The notes under the pieces were generated by a model. That model was not told the DNA's origin, made no database searches, and saw only the letters and a list, made by a program, of their open reading frames with translations. Position numbers and translations under genes: made by a program. From a virus (lineage: Duplodnaviria > Caudoviricetes), in IMG/VR virus record IMGVR_UViG_3300001336_000008, positions 1 through 57,759 of that record: 57,759 nt of DNA, one strand, 5' to 3'. This document shows, piece after piece, positions 19,073 to 28,838 of the stretch (the first letter of the stretch is position 1; every line of letters starts with the position of its first letter).

Positions 19073-21765
19073 TAGTTAATTCTTCCTTTGGCGATAATAA
19101 ACGTTTTTCTAATAACTATATATCCGGTTTGTCCACCAGATGTTGCTCCTGAAATATCTATTGCAGAAGGCAATTTAATTTTAACTTTTCTTTCGATACC
19201 AGTATCAATTTTTTCAGTAACAATGCACTCTTCGTTTTCCAGTGCAATATTAGTGCTATGATCAAAAATCTTTACCGTGTCACCAACTGCAAAATATGGG
19301 TAATCGTTTTCATCATTAAGAACAACTGTAGTAAACTTATCAGATCCTACTAGCTGATAATTTTCAGTATCAGCAATTTCAATACGATCTTCTTCTCCAG
19401 TAAACATATATGTGGTAGCCTTGACTCTATATACAAGACCCATCATTTGTTCACCAGATGAAAGCTGAGAGCTATGAGTGGATTTAAGTTGTGAAAGATT
19501 TGGCAAATCGTTTGATTCTGCTTCAGTAATCTTAAAGTTAAAATAACCGTTTTCTCTTGTTTCCCCGGGACCAGTATTTGGTGTGGAAATTGTAAACCGG
19601 TTTTCACCTGAATTGATTTGCGATGCAGTATAATCAAATCTTAATTGTTCAACGTTATCAAGTTTAGTTAACGCGCGAACATCAACTTCTAGAGTAACGC
19701 CAGTTCCTGGAACATTATTTTGTTCATCTTCTGCTAAGTAAACCGCCTCACCACCATCGGTATACAAATAGTTTGTAGATTCGTAACCTAGTCCTGGTTC
19801 AACAGTAATATTAATTGAATCGTAATCAGAATTAAATGTATCAGGTCCAGGAATAAATTCATTATCAGGACCCATAATTAAATTCGGCGAAGATACAAGA
19901 TTGCTTGAACCGTATACTAAAATACCAGAACCGCAATTCCTTACCGTGTTACCAACAACACTTCCAATAGAAACAACTGAAACATCAACTGGGCTTACAT
20001 AATTTTCAAATGTATTGCTGTTTACAATTAAATAATTAACTTCAGAAAAGTTAATAGGTGAAAGATCATCTGCATCATATGATAGTGAACCATTAATAAT
20101 GTCAGAGTTTTGTATTCTTACGCGTTGACTTTGATATGCCCATATTCCACCGCCAACAGTATTTTTGATTGAAACGTTATCAATTGTCAAATTAGTCATT
20201 GAAGGTAAATTGACAATATAGTTTTGTCTAGGCTGACCGAATCTTACATTATTGATTAAGTTGCCATCAATAGTAATTGTTCTAAAAGATATATTTTCTT
20301 GTCCGCCGGTTTTAGGAACAATGATTGATCCTTTTTCTTGCGCCCTTTGAGCATCATTCCAATATTCTAAATTCCATGGGAGTTGTTTAACAACCGCAGC
20401 TGTGCTTTCACCTGAAAAAATAAAATTAGAAGGAATAAGAAGTTTACTTGTGTAATATGTTCCAGCAGGAAATGTTATTGCATTAATGCCTAAATCAGCA
20501 TTGTCATCAATGATTTGTTGAAGGCCTTCTGTATTATCGTGCACGATTTCTAAATTATTTTCAGAATCCATTTCATAATTACTTGTGAAAGTAATTGTTT
20601 GTGCATCTGTTACAGAATCAATTTCAGCAGTTACCCACCCCTTTCTAGGGGATGCAATTGGTATAAGTGGAAAATGCACCACATCTGAGCTTTCAGTATA
20701 TCGGCCAAATGTATCTTTGGTTGACCATTCAGTGTTAACAAATCCGCCAAAGTCACTATAAAATGAATTAGTACCTTCACCTAATTGAGCAGGACCTAAG
20801 ACATCAATTAATCTTGCGCCGTCTCCACCGACAATACCTCTATAGAGTAAAATGCCAAATTCAGAACTTGGTCTGCTTAGTTGCAATTGAATATGATTTT
20901 CGGCATCAAATTGATCCGCTGCTTTATGTTCAATTGTATCGGAAATTGCCGCCGCTTGAGAAATGCTACCATCATCAAGCTTAAAAAGAGCAACCCAATA
21001 TTGATATGTTATACCGCTTCCCGTTCCAATTTTAGTAAGTACCGCAGTAATGTCATTTGAAACTTGTGCGACACCAGGTGCAGATACACCAAATACTTTT
21101 ACCTTTTGTCCAGCTTTAAATGAATTCGCGCTCGCTGCTTTTAATACTCTTGCTGAATTGCCAGCATCTCTGACAATTTCCCCTACTTCAAAAACATTAT
21201 CAGTACTTGAAAGATTAACATTTATTGTATTGCCAACAGACTTAGTCGTAGTTCCAGTTGCTCCTGATGTATCACCAGTAACAGTATTTCCAACCGCAAA
21301 TTCCCCTTGGAGTATTTCAAGCGTCAACACTGTATCAACAGTTGCAATGAGACCGCTGGCATTACCAGATCCTTTAGCGGTAAACACTTCTCCGTCATTT
21401 GAAATGTTATATTCATTTGCTAATTGGTCTGCAATAATTCTACCAGTAACAATCAAATTATTAACAGTAATTGAGCCGCCTTCTAATGCGAGATCGCCAG
21501 AACCGCCAACACTAATACTGCCATTAAACACAACATCACTACCGTTACCAGCACCAAAACTCGCAACTTCATCGCCGTTTTCATTATAAACTTTAAGGCC
21601 ATTCGCTGAGGATGTTGATTTAATTCCTGGAGTTGAAAGATCACCCGTCATGGGTATTGAACCATCACGTTCAATTTTTTCAATATTCAGGTTATCAAAG
21701 TTATCATCAACCTCAGCATTTGTTAGAGGTCTATTTTCGACTAGTCTTTTTGTAATTGAGGCCAT
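19072..21765 (-). CDS. Beta-helix (pectate-lyase-like) tail spike / fibre protein
   Basis: N-terminal PLTNAEVDDNF anchor motif; DNTEGLQQIID...ITFPAGTYY cap followed by ITIDGN / NVSIKN / GNTVRN beta-helix rungs. Confidence 0.7.
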   Translation of the reverse strand: MASITKRLVENRPLTNAEVDDNFDNLNIEKIERDGSIPMTGDLSTPGIKSTSSANGLKVYNENGDEVASFGAGNGSDVVFNGSISVGGSGDLALEGGSITVNNLIVTGRIIADQLANEYNISNDGEVFTAKGSGNASGLIATVDTVLTLEILQGEFAVGNTVTGDTSGATGTTTKSVGNTINVNLSSTDNVFEVGEIVRDAGNSARVLKAASANSFKAGQKVKVFGVSAPGVAQVSNDITAVLTKIGTGSGITYQYWVALFKLDDGSISQAAAISDTIEHKAADQFDAENHIQLQLSRPSSEFGILLYRGIVGGDGARLIDVLGPAQLGEGTNSFYSDFGGFVNTEWSTKDTFGRYTESSDVVHFPLIPIASPRKGWVTAEIDSVTDAQTITFTSNYEMDSENNLEIVHDNTEGLQQIIDDNADLGINAITFPAGTYYTSKLLIPSNFIFSGESTAAVVKQLPWNLEYWNDAQRAQEKGSIIVPKTGGQENISFRTITIDGNLINNVRFGQPRQNYIVNLPSMTNLTIDNVSIKNTVGGGIWAYQSQRVRIQNSDIINGSLSYDADDLSPINFSEVNYLIVNSNTFENYVSPVDVSVVSIGSVVGNTVRNCGSGILVYGSSNLVSSPNLIMGPDNEFIPGPDTFNSDYDSINITVEPGLGYESTNYLYTDGGEAVYLAEDEQNNVPGTGVTLEVDVRALTKLDNVEQLRFDYTASQINSGENRFTISTPNTGPGETRENGYFNFKITEAESNDLPNLSQLKSTHSSQLSSGEQMMGLVYRVKATTYMFTGEEDRIEIADTENYQLVGSDKFTTVVLNDENDYPYFAVGDTVKIFDHSTNIALENEECIVTEKIDTGIERKVKIKLPSAIDISGATSGGQTGYIVIRKTFIIAKGRIN

Positions 21766-21768
21766 CTT

Positions 21769-22230
21769 TTATCCGATTTGTAATTTCCAAGAAACAACGA
21801 GATAATCCGTTGCTGCCTTTTCAAAAGGAGTGCTAACAACGGTTCTGCATAAGAGTTTTTGTGGTGAAGAATCACTAAGCAATCCTATTTCCCTAATAGT
21901 GCCAGTGCCAGTACCTTCAGCAAATGTTGAAACGAAATGAACTACGTTTGTGTTAACTGTATCAATAAAATTAAATCTTATTGTTTCAGTCGCCAACTCT
22001 GATTCCATTGAAGTGTCATCTACTGTTGCGGCAGTATTCCCCGTACCAACTGCAATAGTTGAAACTTTTTCAGTATCATCCGATTCGAATAAAACTTTAC
22101 GAACAATAAAATTTTTACCTAAAATAGTAACTAAATTGTTTACGGTTTCGCTATGCTTAAGTTCATGGGTGTGGCTATCATATAAAGATAGCTCTACTAT
22201 ACCCTTTACTGAAAGATTTTCTTTTAACAT
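21769..22230 (-). CDS. Tail/baseplate-associated structural protein
   Basis: IAVGTGNTAA...D..L..E and GTIREIGL...VSWKL pattern of tail-fibre attachment-type domains; late promoter upstream. Confidence 0.6.
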   Translation of the reverse strand: MLKENLSVKGIVELSLYDSHTHELKHSETVNNLVTILGKNFIVRKVLFESDDTEKVSTIAVGTGNTAATVDDTSMESELATETIRFNFIDTVNTNVVHFVSTFAEGTGTGTIREIGLLSDSSPQKLLCRTVVSTPFEKAATDYLVVSWKLQIG

Positions 22231-22256
22231 ATTTAACTCATTCTATTTCTTTAGAA

Positions 22257-22264
22257 TATTTATA
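22257..22264 (-). promoter_or_regulatory. T4-type late promoter
   Basis: TATAAATA about 27 nt upstream of the 22230 start. Confidence 0.7.
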
Positions 22265-22281
22265 AACTTTTTTTTCTTAAT

Positions 22282-22485
22282 TTATGATTTAGACAAAAGT
22301 TCTTTTAGCATATTTTTAATTTCACCTACATCACTTTCTAAATTGTCTAATCTCTTTTTTTGACTCAGCATGGCTTCCTTTTTCTTCAGATACTTTTCAT
22401 AATCATCGACTGATGTATTAACAATTGCGCCTGATTCCAATTCTCGATGCAAACCAACTGAGTCTTTTACTTTAATTAACTTCAT
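22282..22485 (-). CDS. Small conserved coiled-coil protein
   Basis: LHRELESGAIVN...Y followed by a coiled coil; a type of gene that commonly follows DUF4815 genes in marine T4-likes. Confidence 0.65.
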   Translation of the reverse strand: MKLIKVKDSVGLHRELESGAIVNTSVDDYEKYLKKKEAMLSQKKRLDNLESDVGEIKNMLKELLSKS

Positions 22486-22487
22486 AA

Positions 22488-25400
22488 TTATACCGTTGCA
22501 ATTACAACAAGATCTTTAATTTTTGGTACTGCCGCAGAGTTTGTTGAGTTCATCACTAACTTTATTGATGCTGCATTAAACTCTGGTAGTCCATTTCGAG
22601 TTAAAGATTGATCGGTCATGACATTATTAACACCGACCGTTCCCATATAGACCCAAGTCAATTCTGAAAATTCTGTTGAATCTCCAACAACTGCTATCTT
22701 GTAATATATATCAACTCTTGCACCAGACGGCACTTGAGCAGCAAAGCGAACATTAAGCGATGTCGATGTTGCAGCGGAACCAGAAAAATTAATTTTACGA
22801 GTCAAGTACTTTGCAGAAGAAGAACTTCTTGGCCCAATTTCATCAACATAATTATCGTAAACAACAATTTGAGTTGCTGGCGGAGATTGTTGATCTTCAA
22901 AAGCTTCATTGACAGTAACAGTCAATCCATCATCGGTAATATTTGTAATCAATCTAATTTCATCATCATTTAGACCATTTACAACTTTGATTTGTTTTCC
23001 TACACGCAATGATCTAAATGCGGCTGCAATGCCAGAATTTGTTGTAGTGATAGTATTGCCACTAAATGAAAGATTGGTTGTTTCAATTGAAAATAAATTA
23101 TACACGTCAAGCAAATTGATTTGATTCATGTTATCCACTGTTGGATCATCAATCCTATTAGACACTGTAATCAATGATGTACGAGCACTGTCAATAACAG
23201 GAGACAAGGAAGTATTTGTTGTACTCATATTTGCCTTTAAGAAAAACGATTTGCCATTACTTTCGTTTTCCTCGGATGTTACCATTCTTGGACTAACAAA
23301 TTCATTGTTTTCATTGACAGTAATTGGTATATAATTTGATAAGTCACCGGCTGCTTGCGAACCATGAATTGATTTGCCTGAAGTTGTACGAGTAAGAAAT
23401 GTTAGTCCAGTATCTGCAAATTTTTGCTGTTGAATAATTGGTTGTAATACGTCAAACTTGACATTACGTGAAGCTCTTACACCAGTACCACCCGTTCTAC
23501 CAGTCAATGTTGGCTCAATGCCATTTAATTGAACAACGTATGCATCTTGTTCAACATGCACGACGGTATGCTCACCATTAATTGCTGAGGAACTTACGCC
23601 ATTGTATTCTCCAGAAGCAACATTTGAAATTGTAACCTTAGCATTGTTATACAATCCATGATTAGCATGAAACACTCTCATGTGAGTTGAACCAACTCTA
23701 AAAAAGAATGGATCGTTATTGAGAGTTACATTATTAACCTTTGCATTAACAAATTCAGCAGATCCTTCGGTTTCAAACTCAGCAATATTAATTCTAAACA
23801 TCAAGTCTTCATTTTGGTGAGCGGTCCATGTTGATGCATTTTGAGATTTAAAGAGCACACCGGCATATGGCTGCTCAGAAATTAATCTTGGCGTTGAAGT
23901 TGTAACGTCAATACCTCCGAGTTCTGATGTCCAAACATGATAATTATTAGAATTAGATAAAAGAACGATACAGTATTCACCAACATCTTGTACATATACT
24001 GGAGCTTTCATTTTAAACTTAACTGGTCTATCCGGTGCTAACCATAGGCCGCCATCAACTTCTATTGTATTTGCAGAAAAACCATACCCAGGAGGCTGAT
24101 TATCTTCACGTAACTCATGTGGATACAAAGATATATTTGAAAATGGTAAAATATTTTTACCTGGATAACCGTTGACAACTTCACGGATTTGCATTGTAAT
24201 TGGTTTGACTGGATCTACAGACGCAATCCAGACGTCTACGGAAGTAATAAATGCACCACCTCGGTTTTGCACAAGGAATGTCTGTGCAAGTGGATCATAC
24301 CATCCTGTATCACGAATCAGTCGCCCAACTCTTTCATCGGTAACAATTGTTCTTTCATCGGTTACTGTTGTACGAACAACCTCTGCATTGCGAACCGAAT
24401 TATATGTTGCTTGCCATGTTTGTAATACACCTTCGGCATGATAGTTACCAAAGCCACGAGTCTTAGCTGTTAAGTCGTTATTATCTAAGTTATCAATTAA
24501 CTTAAACTCGCGATTACCAGTTGGAAATCTTAATGCATTAGTATTAGGAATATCAAATATACCTGCTACGTCACCGCCAAAATTAGTTACAAGCTGATTG
24601 CCTTGTTGCTTTCTATCATATGCAGTTACGGTACCTTCTGTTCCGCTAATTGTGCCTTTAATAATATCGCCAACTAAAAATTCACCTTTTGTTGGAATAA
24701 TTAAAACATTTTTATCACCGCCAGGTTGAACTTCTTGCAGCACGCAAACACCTGCTGCAAGCGATGAATCGGCAGTATTATATGTAACGCCAGCCCTTTC
24801 TTTAACATAAATTACATCACCTTTGTTCAGCGCAGTTTGCACATCGTTATCAATACGGCGTGAAACTTCATCGTTATCTTGTCCAACATTGGTTACATAA
24901 TCAAACAACCCAGAACTTGTAAATGTAATTCTTGATGCAGGCGTAATATACTTTGATATATTAACTTCGTCAAAGAAAGGATGCACGATAGTTTGAAGTT
25001 TTAATCCACGCGCAAGGAATGCAATTTTTCTTGATCGAATAAACGGAACAACTGATGTTGAAATGACACGATCATTAACAAACTCTTTTGACAGTGTTGC
25101 GCGCACTTCAGTATTTGTGCCAGTGCGTGTTTGTCCACTTTGGTTTGCAACAACTTCGTAAGTAAGAACTCGTCCGCCGGGAGTGTTGCCAACCAACTCT
25201 CTTTCGGCTGCAGTAAATGTATTGCGAGCCATCCAACGACCAGCACCAAGGCCAAAGTCCTGTTTTGACCAATCGCCTGCTCTGACCATTTTAGAACCAG
25301 TAACAATTTGTCCAGTCCACTGCGTTTGCCATGCATTCCATACAGTACCAAGCGCACCTGATTCTCGCTGTGCACTTAATACTGAAGAAAAGTTACCTTC

Positions 25401-28400
25401 AACGTCATTAATAACTTCAGGAATTCGTTGTGTTTCAATCCATTCATCTGAAGGTGGATTTAATTCAACTGAACCAATAAAGGTAAAGATAGCAAAGGGA
25501 TTAACATTTTCTGGTCGCGATGCATACCTTTGATAAATGAATTCGTTTTCAGTATACGGAAGAGTAATAATATCGCCAGTTATTTGATAACCTTGTGCTT
25601 TTCTTTCAGTATTTGTTTTTGCCTTTTCAAGCAACTTAACATTATCCATAATGAAGGTTGGTCTAAGCTCCTTCATTTCCATATCAATTGATGCTTTATA
25701 ATCTGAAGATGCCACATCACCAGTTGTATGACCAGCAAAGTTGTCTACAATAAATCCATTCTTAAACTTGTCTAAACCGCTTTCGTCTGGTATATTCAGC
25801 GTAGATGCTTGTTGCTCAAGCAATGAAAGCGATGTATAATATTCTAAGTTTTCTAAGCGCTTTTCAATTTTACCAATATCACGCATTGTATATCGACGGT
25901 TATCAACCTTTTCGACTGTAACATAATTTGTGTTAAATGTATATGGCGCTAAAGTAATTGTGGCCATATGCATTGACATATCTGGTGTTTCTGGTTGTGT
26001 TGCAGTATCACCTGGCGTACCGTTTGTAACAACAAACTTGCCTTCAATGTCAAGAGAAATTTTATCAATTCTTGGAAGATAGTAAGTATAGTCTACTTCT
26101 GTTCTTCTTCCTCTTTTTGGAGGAAGCGACAGCGAAGCGCCAGAGCCAGTAAATCCAGTGCCAGAATCGTTAATTCTTGGTCTAAAGTCAAGAACATCTG
26201 CAAGATATACAATTCCATAAATTGAACTGTATAAAGGTATTTCTTCTCGTTTTACATCTAGGTATGAATCAACGCAAAAGTAATCTCCAGTACCACTGTG
26301 CTCAAAATAATCAAAGTAAATCGTTAGTTCACCAGTAGGTACGCCATAATTTGGTTTGCGAACAATTTTACCCAAGTCGTAATAAGTGTCTCTTTGCCCG
26401 TTGTCTAAATCAAAATGATCTGTTACATCAACTGAAGGGCTGTCTTCCGTTGGTCCTGCCATTTCTATTTTTCTAATTCTGTAAATGTCAGCCTTATCCA
26501 AACTGATTACGCGGCTTTCGTAATCGATCGGCGTCATAGAATGAAATCTTACGAGCTCTTTTATTTTAGGAGATGCGGTAGACGGAGTATTTTTAACGAC
26601 TGGAAAAAATAATACATAAGTTTCATTGGCAATAAGACCGCCAATTGTTATACTAGTATCATTAAGAGTTACATTTATATTAGAAGCAGACAAATCAACT
26701 GCAAGCTCTTCAGAATCTTTTTTGCACAAAACTAAATCTTGCTCAGTTCCAACTCTTTCGTTACCTTGTCCAGTTAAACCTGAAATGTCAGATATGCTAA
26801 CCGTAAGCACACCAGAATTATTTGCATCCGCCTCAACACTTTGAACAACAACATATCGTGTATCAGGGGATTGTACGCCTTCGCTTTCATCGCGAACACT
26901 TTTAATAAATGAACGGCCTAATGGAAACAAGGAAACTAAACGCGAAGGCTCTTTAATAACAGTCCTATGAATTTTATAAGATATTCCACTTATGGCATTA
27001 CCTGAATTATAAGTAAGATCTAATACTAATTCCGTATCGCTTATAATTTCATCAATTGTATAAAATGTATCATTAATTTCAATATAATCGCCTGCTTTAA
27101 AATCTCTAGTAAAACGAGTTCCATTACCATTAACTATAGCATTTCCACTAGTGGTAGAATCGGCTTGAAAGTCAACGTTTCCTTGTCCATCACCATCAAT
27201 AACATTAGAAACAATAGAACTAAAATCATCATTACTAATTTCTTTTACATCGCGGTCAATTGTCAATGCATCATTAGCAATTGGTTTTATGTCAAACAAA
27301 TAAAGAAAATACTTTTCAGAACCAGATGGTTCAATTGCACGAATGCGAGCTGTAGTAACTATGTTTCCACCAGAATCTTTTAAGTCAACTTCAACAAATG
27401 ACGTTACATTTGGAACACCCTTTAAGTTCTGTACTTCAATATAGTTTCCAATATCTGTTCTGATAACATCGTTATTGACTTGCTCAAATGTTCTTGCTTT
27501 GTCAATTGCAACATATGTAGTAGAAGGCTTTTCAATTTCATAACCTCTGACATATGCCTTTCCTGGCTCAAATGCAATAAATATTTGGTCTTCACGCCCA
27601 TCCTGCAAATGACCGTTATTATATTTTGGATTTGGGATAAATGACCAAGTAACGCCACCAGTACCATCTCTACCTTCACCTTCTGTATGTGACGGCGCTG
27701 TACCTCCAGAAATTCCATTTGCTACTGCAACATAAGTATTACCATTTGATATAACAACATCACCAGCCAAATATTGAACACCATTAGCCCACTCGCCGCG
27801 ATCGTTATTTCTTCCTTCAACGGCACTCATTCTAAAAGATGATACTGTATAGTCGCCCGATTCATCATAAGTTCTTCTGGCAAGTTCCTTGCCTAACTCA
27901 GAATAACTCGTTCTTGCCTCATGCTTTTCGTTTTTGCCGTTTTTAGTTTGTAGTAATTCAATGTAATTATCATCAACTTGATTTTCAATTTCAGCAAGAG
28001 GTATTTTAGTTAAATCAAGTTGAACGCGATATCTATGAGCACCTGGTGCAGCAAAGTTAAACGATCCATTTGCATTATCGTTTAATGTTTCATCTTCTTC
28101 AGGGGTAATAATACTTTCATTAATTTTTAAACCGACACTATAAGAAGGGGTATTTGAGTATGGGTCTAATATAAGGGTTTGCTTATCAACTAATACAAAG
28201 TATCCTTTTGTAAAATAAACACCACGTTCAATTTCTGCGGCAGAGCCAAATCCAGTTGCATCTACCGAAGCAGTGGTTGCATAATACTCAACATAGTTGG
28301 TATCGTTTTGATCTTCACGTTCATACTCAATTAAAAGAGATTCTCCATTTAAAAATGCTTGTGTTTCACTATTAGCACCAGAATCATCGTATTCGACATA

Positions 28401-28826
28401 CAGTGTCAAAGGAGAATCATCAGTCTCTAATTGATACCATTTAACGATACCCGTTACACCGCTTTCTAGTCCAGTTACTTTTGATGCAACCTGTGATGTA
28501 GATATTTTTAATAATTCTTCGTCAATGTCTTCAGTAATCAAATCAACGCTATCATTGGCACCATTGATTACTTCTGACTTACTAAAGGTGCCAGTTAACT
28601 TAACATAATTAAAATTTCTATTATAGGAAATGCCGCCAGGAATAACCATTGAACCGTCTTTGTATATCCCTTGGCCAAAGCGGTCAATTTGATTTTGAAT
28701 TTGCGTTTGAAGTTGATTTAACTCACGTGTTTGTACAGCAACTCCTGGACGATAAAGAATTTTTACAAACTTTTTCTCTTCGTCATAGTCATCGAAATAT
28801 GGTGCAGTGTTAAAATTAATTGACAT
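22488..28826 (-). CDS. DUF4815 / VrlC-like giant virion structural protein
   Basis: N-terminal NTAPYFDDYD...ILYRPGVAVQTRELNQLQ; APGAHRY, PGKAYVRGYEI, RYTMRDIGKIEKR..NLEYYTSLSLLE, FKNGFIVDNF and DPLAQTF motifs. Confidence 0.85.
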   Translation of the reverse strand: MSINFNTAPYFDDYDEEKKFVKILYRPGVAVQTRELNQLQTQIQNQIDRFGQGIYKDGSMVIPGGISYNRNFNYVKLTGTFSKSEVINGANDSVDLITEDIDEELLKISTSQVASKVTGLESGVTGIVKWYQLETDDSPLTLYVEYDDSGANSETQAFLNGESLLIEYEREDQNDTNYVEYYATTASVDATGFGSAAEIERGVYFTKGYFVLVDKQTLILDPYSNTPSYSVGLKINESIITPEEDETLNDNANGSFNFAAPGAHRYRVQLDLTKIPLAEIENQVDDNYIELLQTKNGKNEKHEARTSYSELGKELARRTYDESGDYTVSSFRMSAVEGRNNDRGEWANGVQYLAGDVVISNGNTYVAVANGISGGTAPSHTEGEGRDGTGGVTWSFIPNPKYNNGHLQDGREDQIFIAFEPGKAYVRGYEIEKPSTTYVAIDKARTFEQVNNDVIRTDIGNYIEVQNLKGVPNVTSFVEVDLKDSGGNIVTTARIRAIEPSGSEKYFLYLFDIKPIANDALTIDRDVKEISNDDFSSIVSNVIDGDGQGNVDFQADSTTSGNAIVNGNGTRFTRDFKAGDYIEINDTFYTIDEIISDTELVLDLTYNSGNAISGISYKIHRTVIKEPSRLVSLFPLGRSFIKSVRDESEGVQSPDTRYVVVQSVEADANNSGVLTVSISDISGLTGQGNERVGTEQDLVLCKKDSEELAVDLSASNINVTLNDTSITIGGLIANETYVLFFPVVKNTPSTASPKIKELVRFHSMTPIDYESRVISLDKADIYRIRKIEMAGPTEDSPSVDVTDHFDLDNGQRDTYYDLGKIVRKPNYGVPTGELTIYFDYFEHSGTGDYFCVDSYLDVKREEIPLYSSIYGIVYLADVLDFRPRINDSGTGFTGSGASLSLPPKRGRRTEVDYTYYLPRIDKISLDIEGKFVVTNGTPGDTATQPETPDMSMHMATITLAPYTFNTNYVTVEKVDNRRYTMRDIGKIEKRLENLEYYTSLSLLEQQASTLNIPDESGLDKFKNGFIVDNFAGHTTGDVASSDYKASIDMEMKELRPTFIMDNVKLLEKAKTNTERKAQGYQITGDIITLPYTENEFIYQRYASRPENVNPFAIFTFIGSVELNPPSDEWIETQRIPEVINDVEGNFSSVLSAQRESGALGTVWNAWQTQWTGQIVTGSKMVRAGDWSKQDFGLGAGRWMARNTFTAAERELVGNTPGGRVLTYEVVANQSGQTRTGTNTEVRATLSKEFVNDRVISTSVVPFIRSRKIAFLARGLKLQTIVHPFFDEVNISKYITPASRITFTSSGLFDYVTNVGQDNDEVSRRIDNDVQTALNKGDVIYVKERAGVTYNTADSSLAAGVCVLQEVQPGGDKNVLIIPTKGEFLVGDIIKGTISGTEGTVTAYDRKQQGNQLVTNFGGDVAGIFDIPNTNALRFPTGNREFKLIDNLDNNDLTAKTRGFGNYHAEGVLQTWQATYNSVRNAEVVRTTVTDERTIVTDERVGRLIRDTGWYDPLAQTFLVQNRGGAFITSVDVWIASVDPVKPITMQIREVVNGYPGKNILPFSNISLYPHELREDNQPPGYGFSANTIEVDGGLWLAPDRPVKFKMKAPVYVQDVGEYCIVLLSNSNNYHVWTSELGGIDVTTSTPRLISEQPYAGVLFKSQNASTWTAHQNEDLMFRINIAEFETEGSAEFVNAKVNNVTLNNDPFFFRVGSTHMRVFHANHGLYNNAKVTISNVASGEYNGVSSSAINGEHTVVHVEQDAYVVQLNGIEPTLTGRTGGTGVRASRNVKFDVLQPIIQQQKFADTGLTFLTRTTSGKSIHGSQAAGDLSNYIPITVNENNEFVSPRMVTSEENESNGKSFFLKANMSTTNTSLSPVIDSARTSLITVSNRIDDPTVDNMNQINLLDVYNLFSIETTNLSFSGNTITTTNSGIAAAFRSLRVGKQIKVVNGLNDDEIRLITNITDDGLTVTVNEAFEDQQSPPATQIVVYDNYVDEIGPRSSSSAKYLTRKINFSGSAATSTSLNVRFAAQVPSGARVDIYYKIAVVGDSTEFSELTWVYMGTVGVNNVMTDQSLTRNGLPEFNAASIKLVMNSTNSAAVPKIKDLVVIATV

Positions 28827-28838
28827 GGAATTCCTCTA

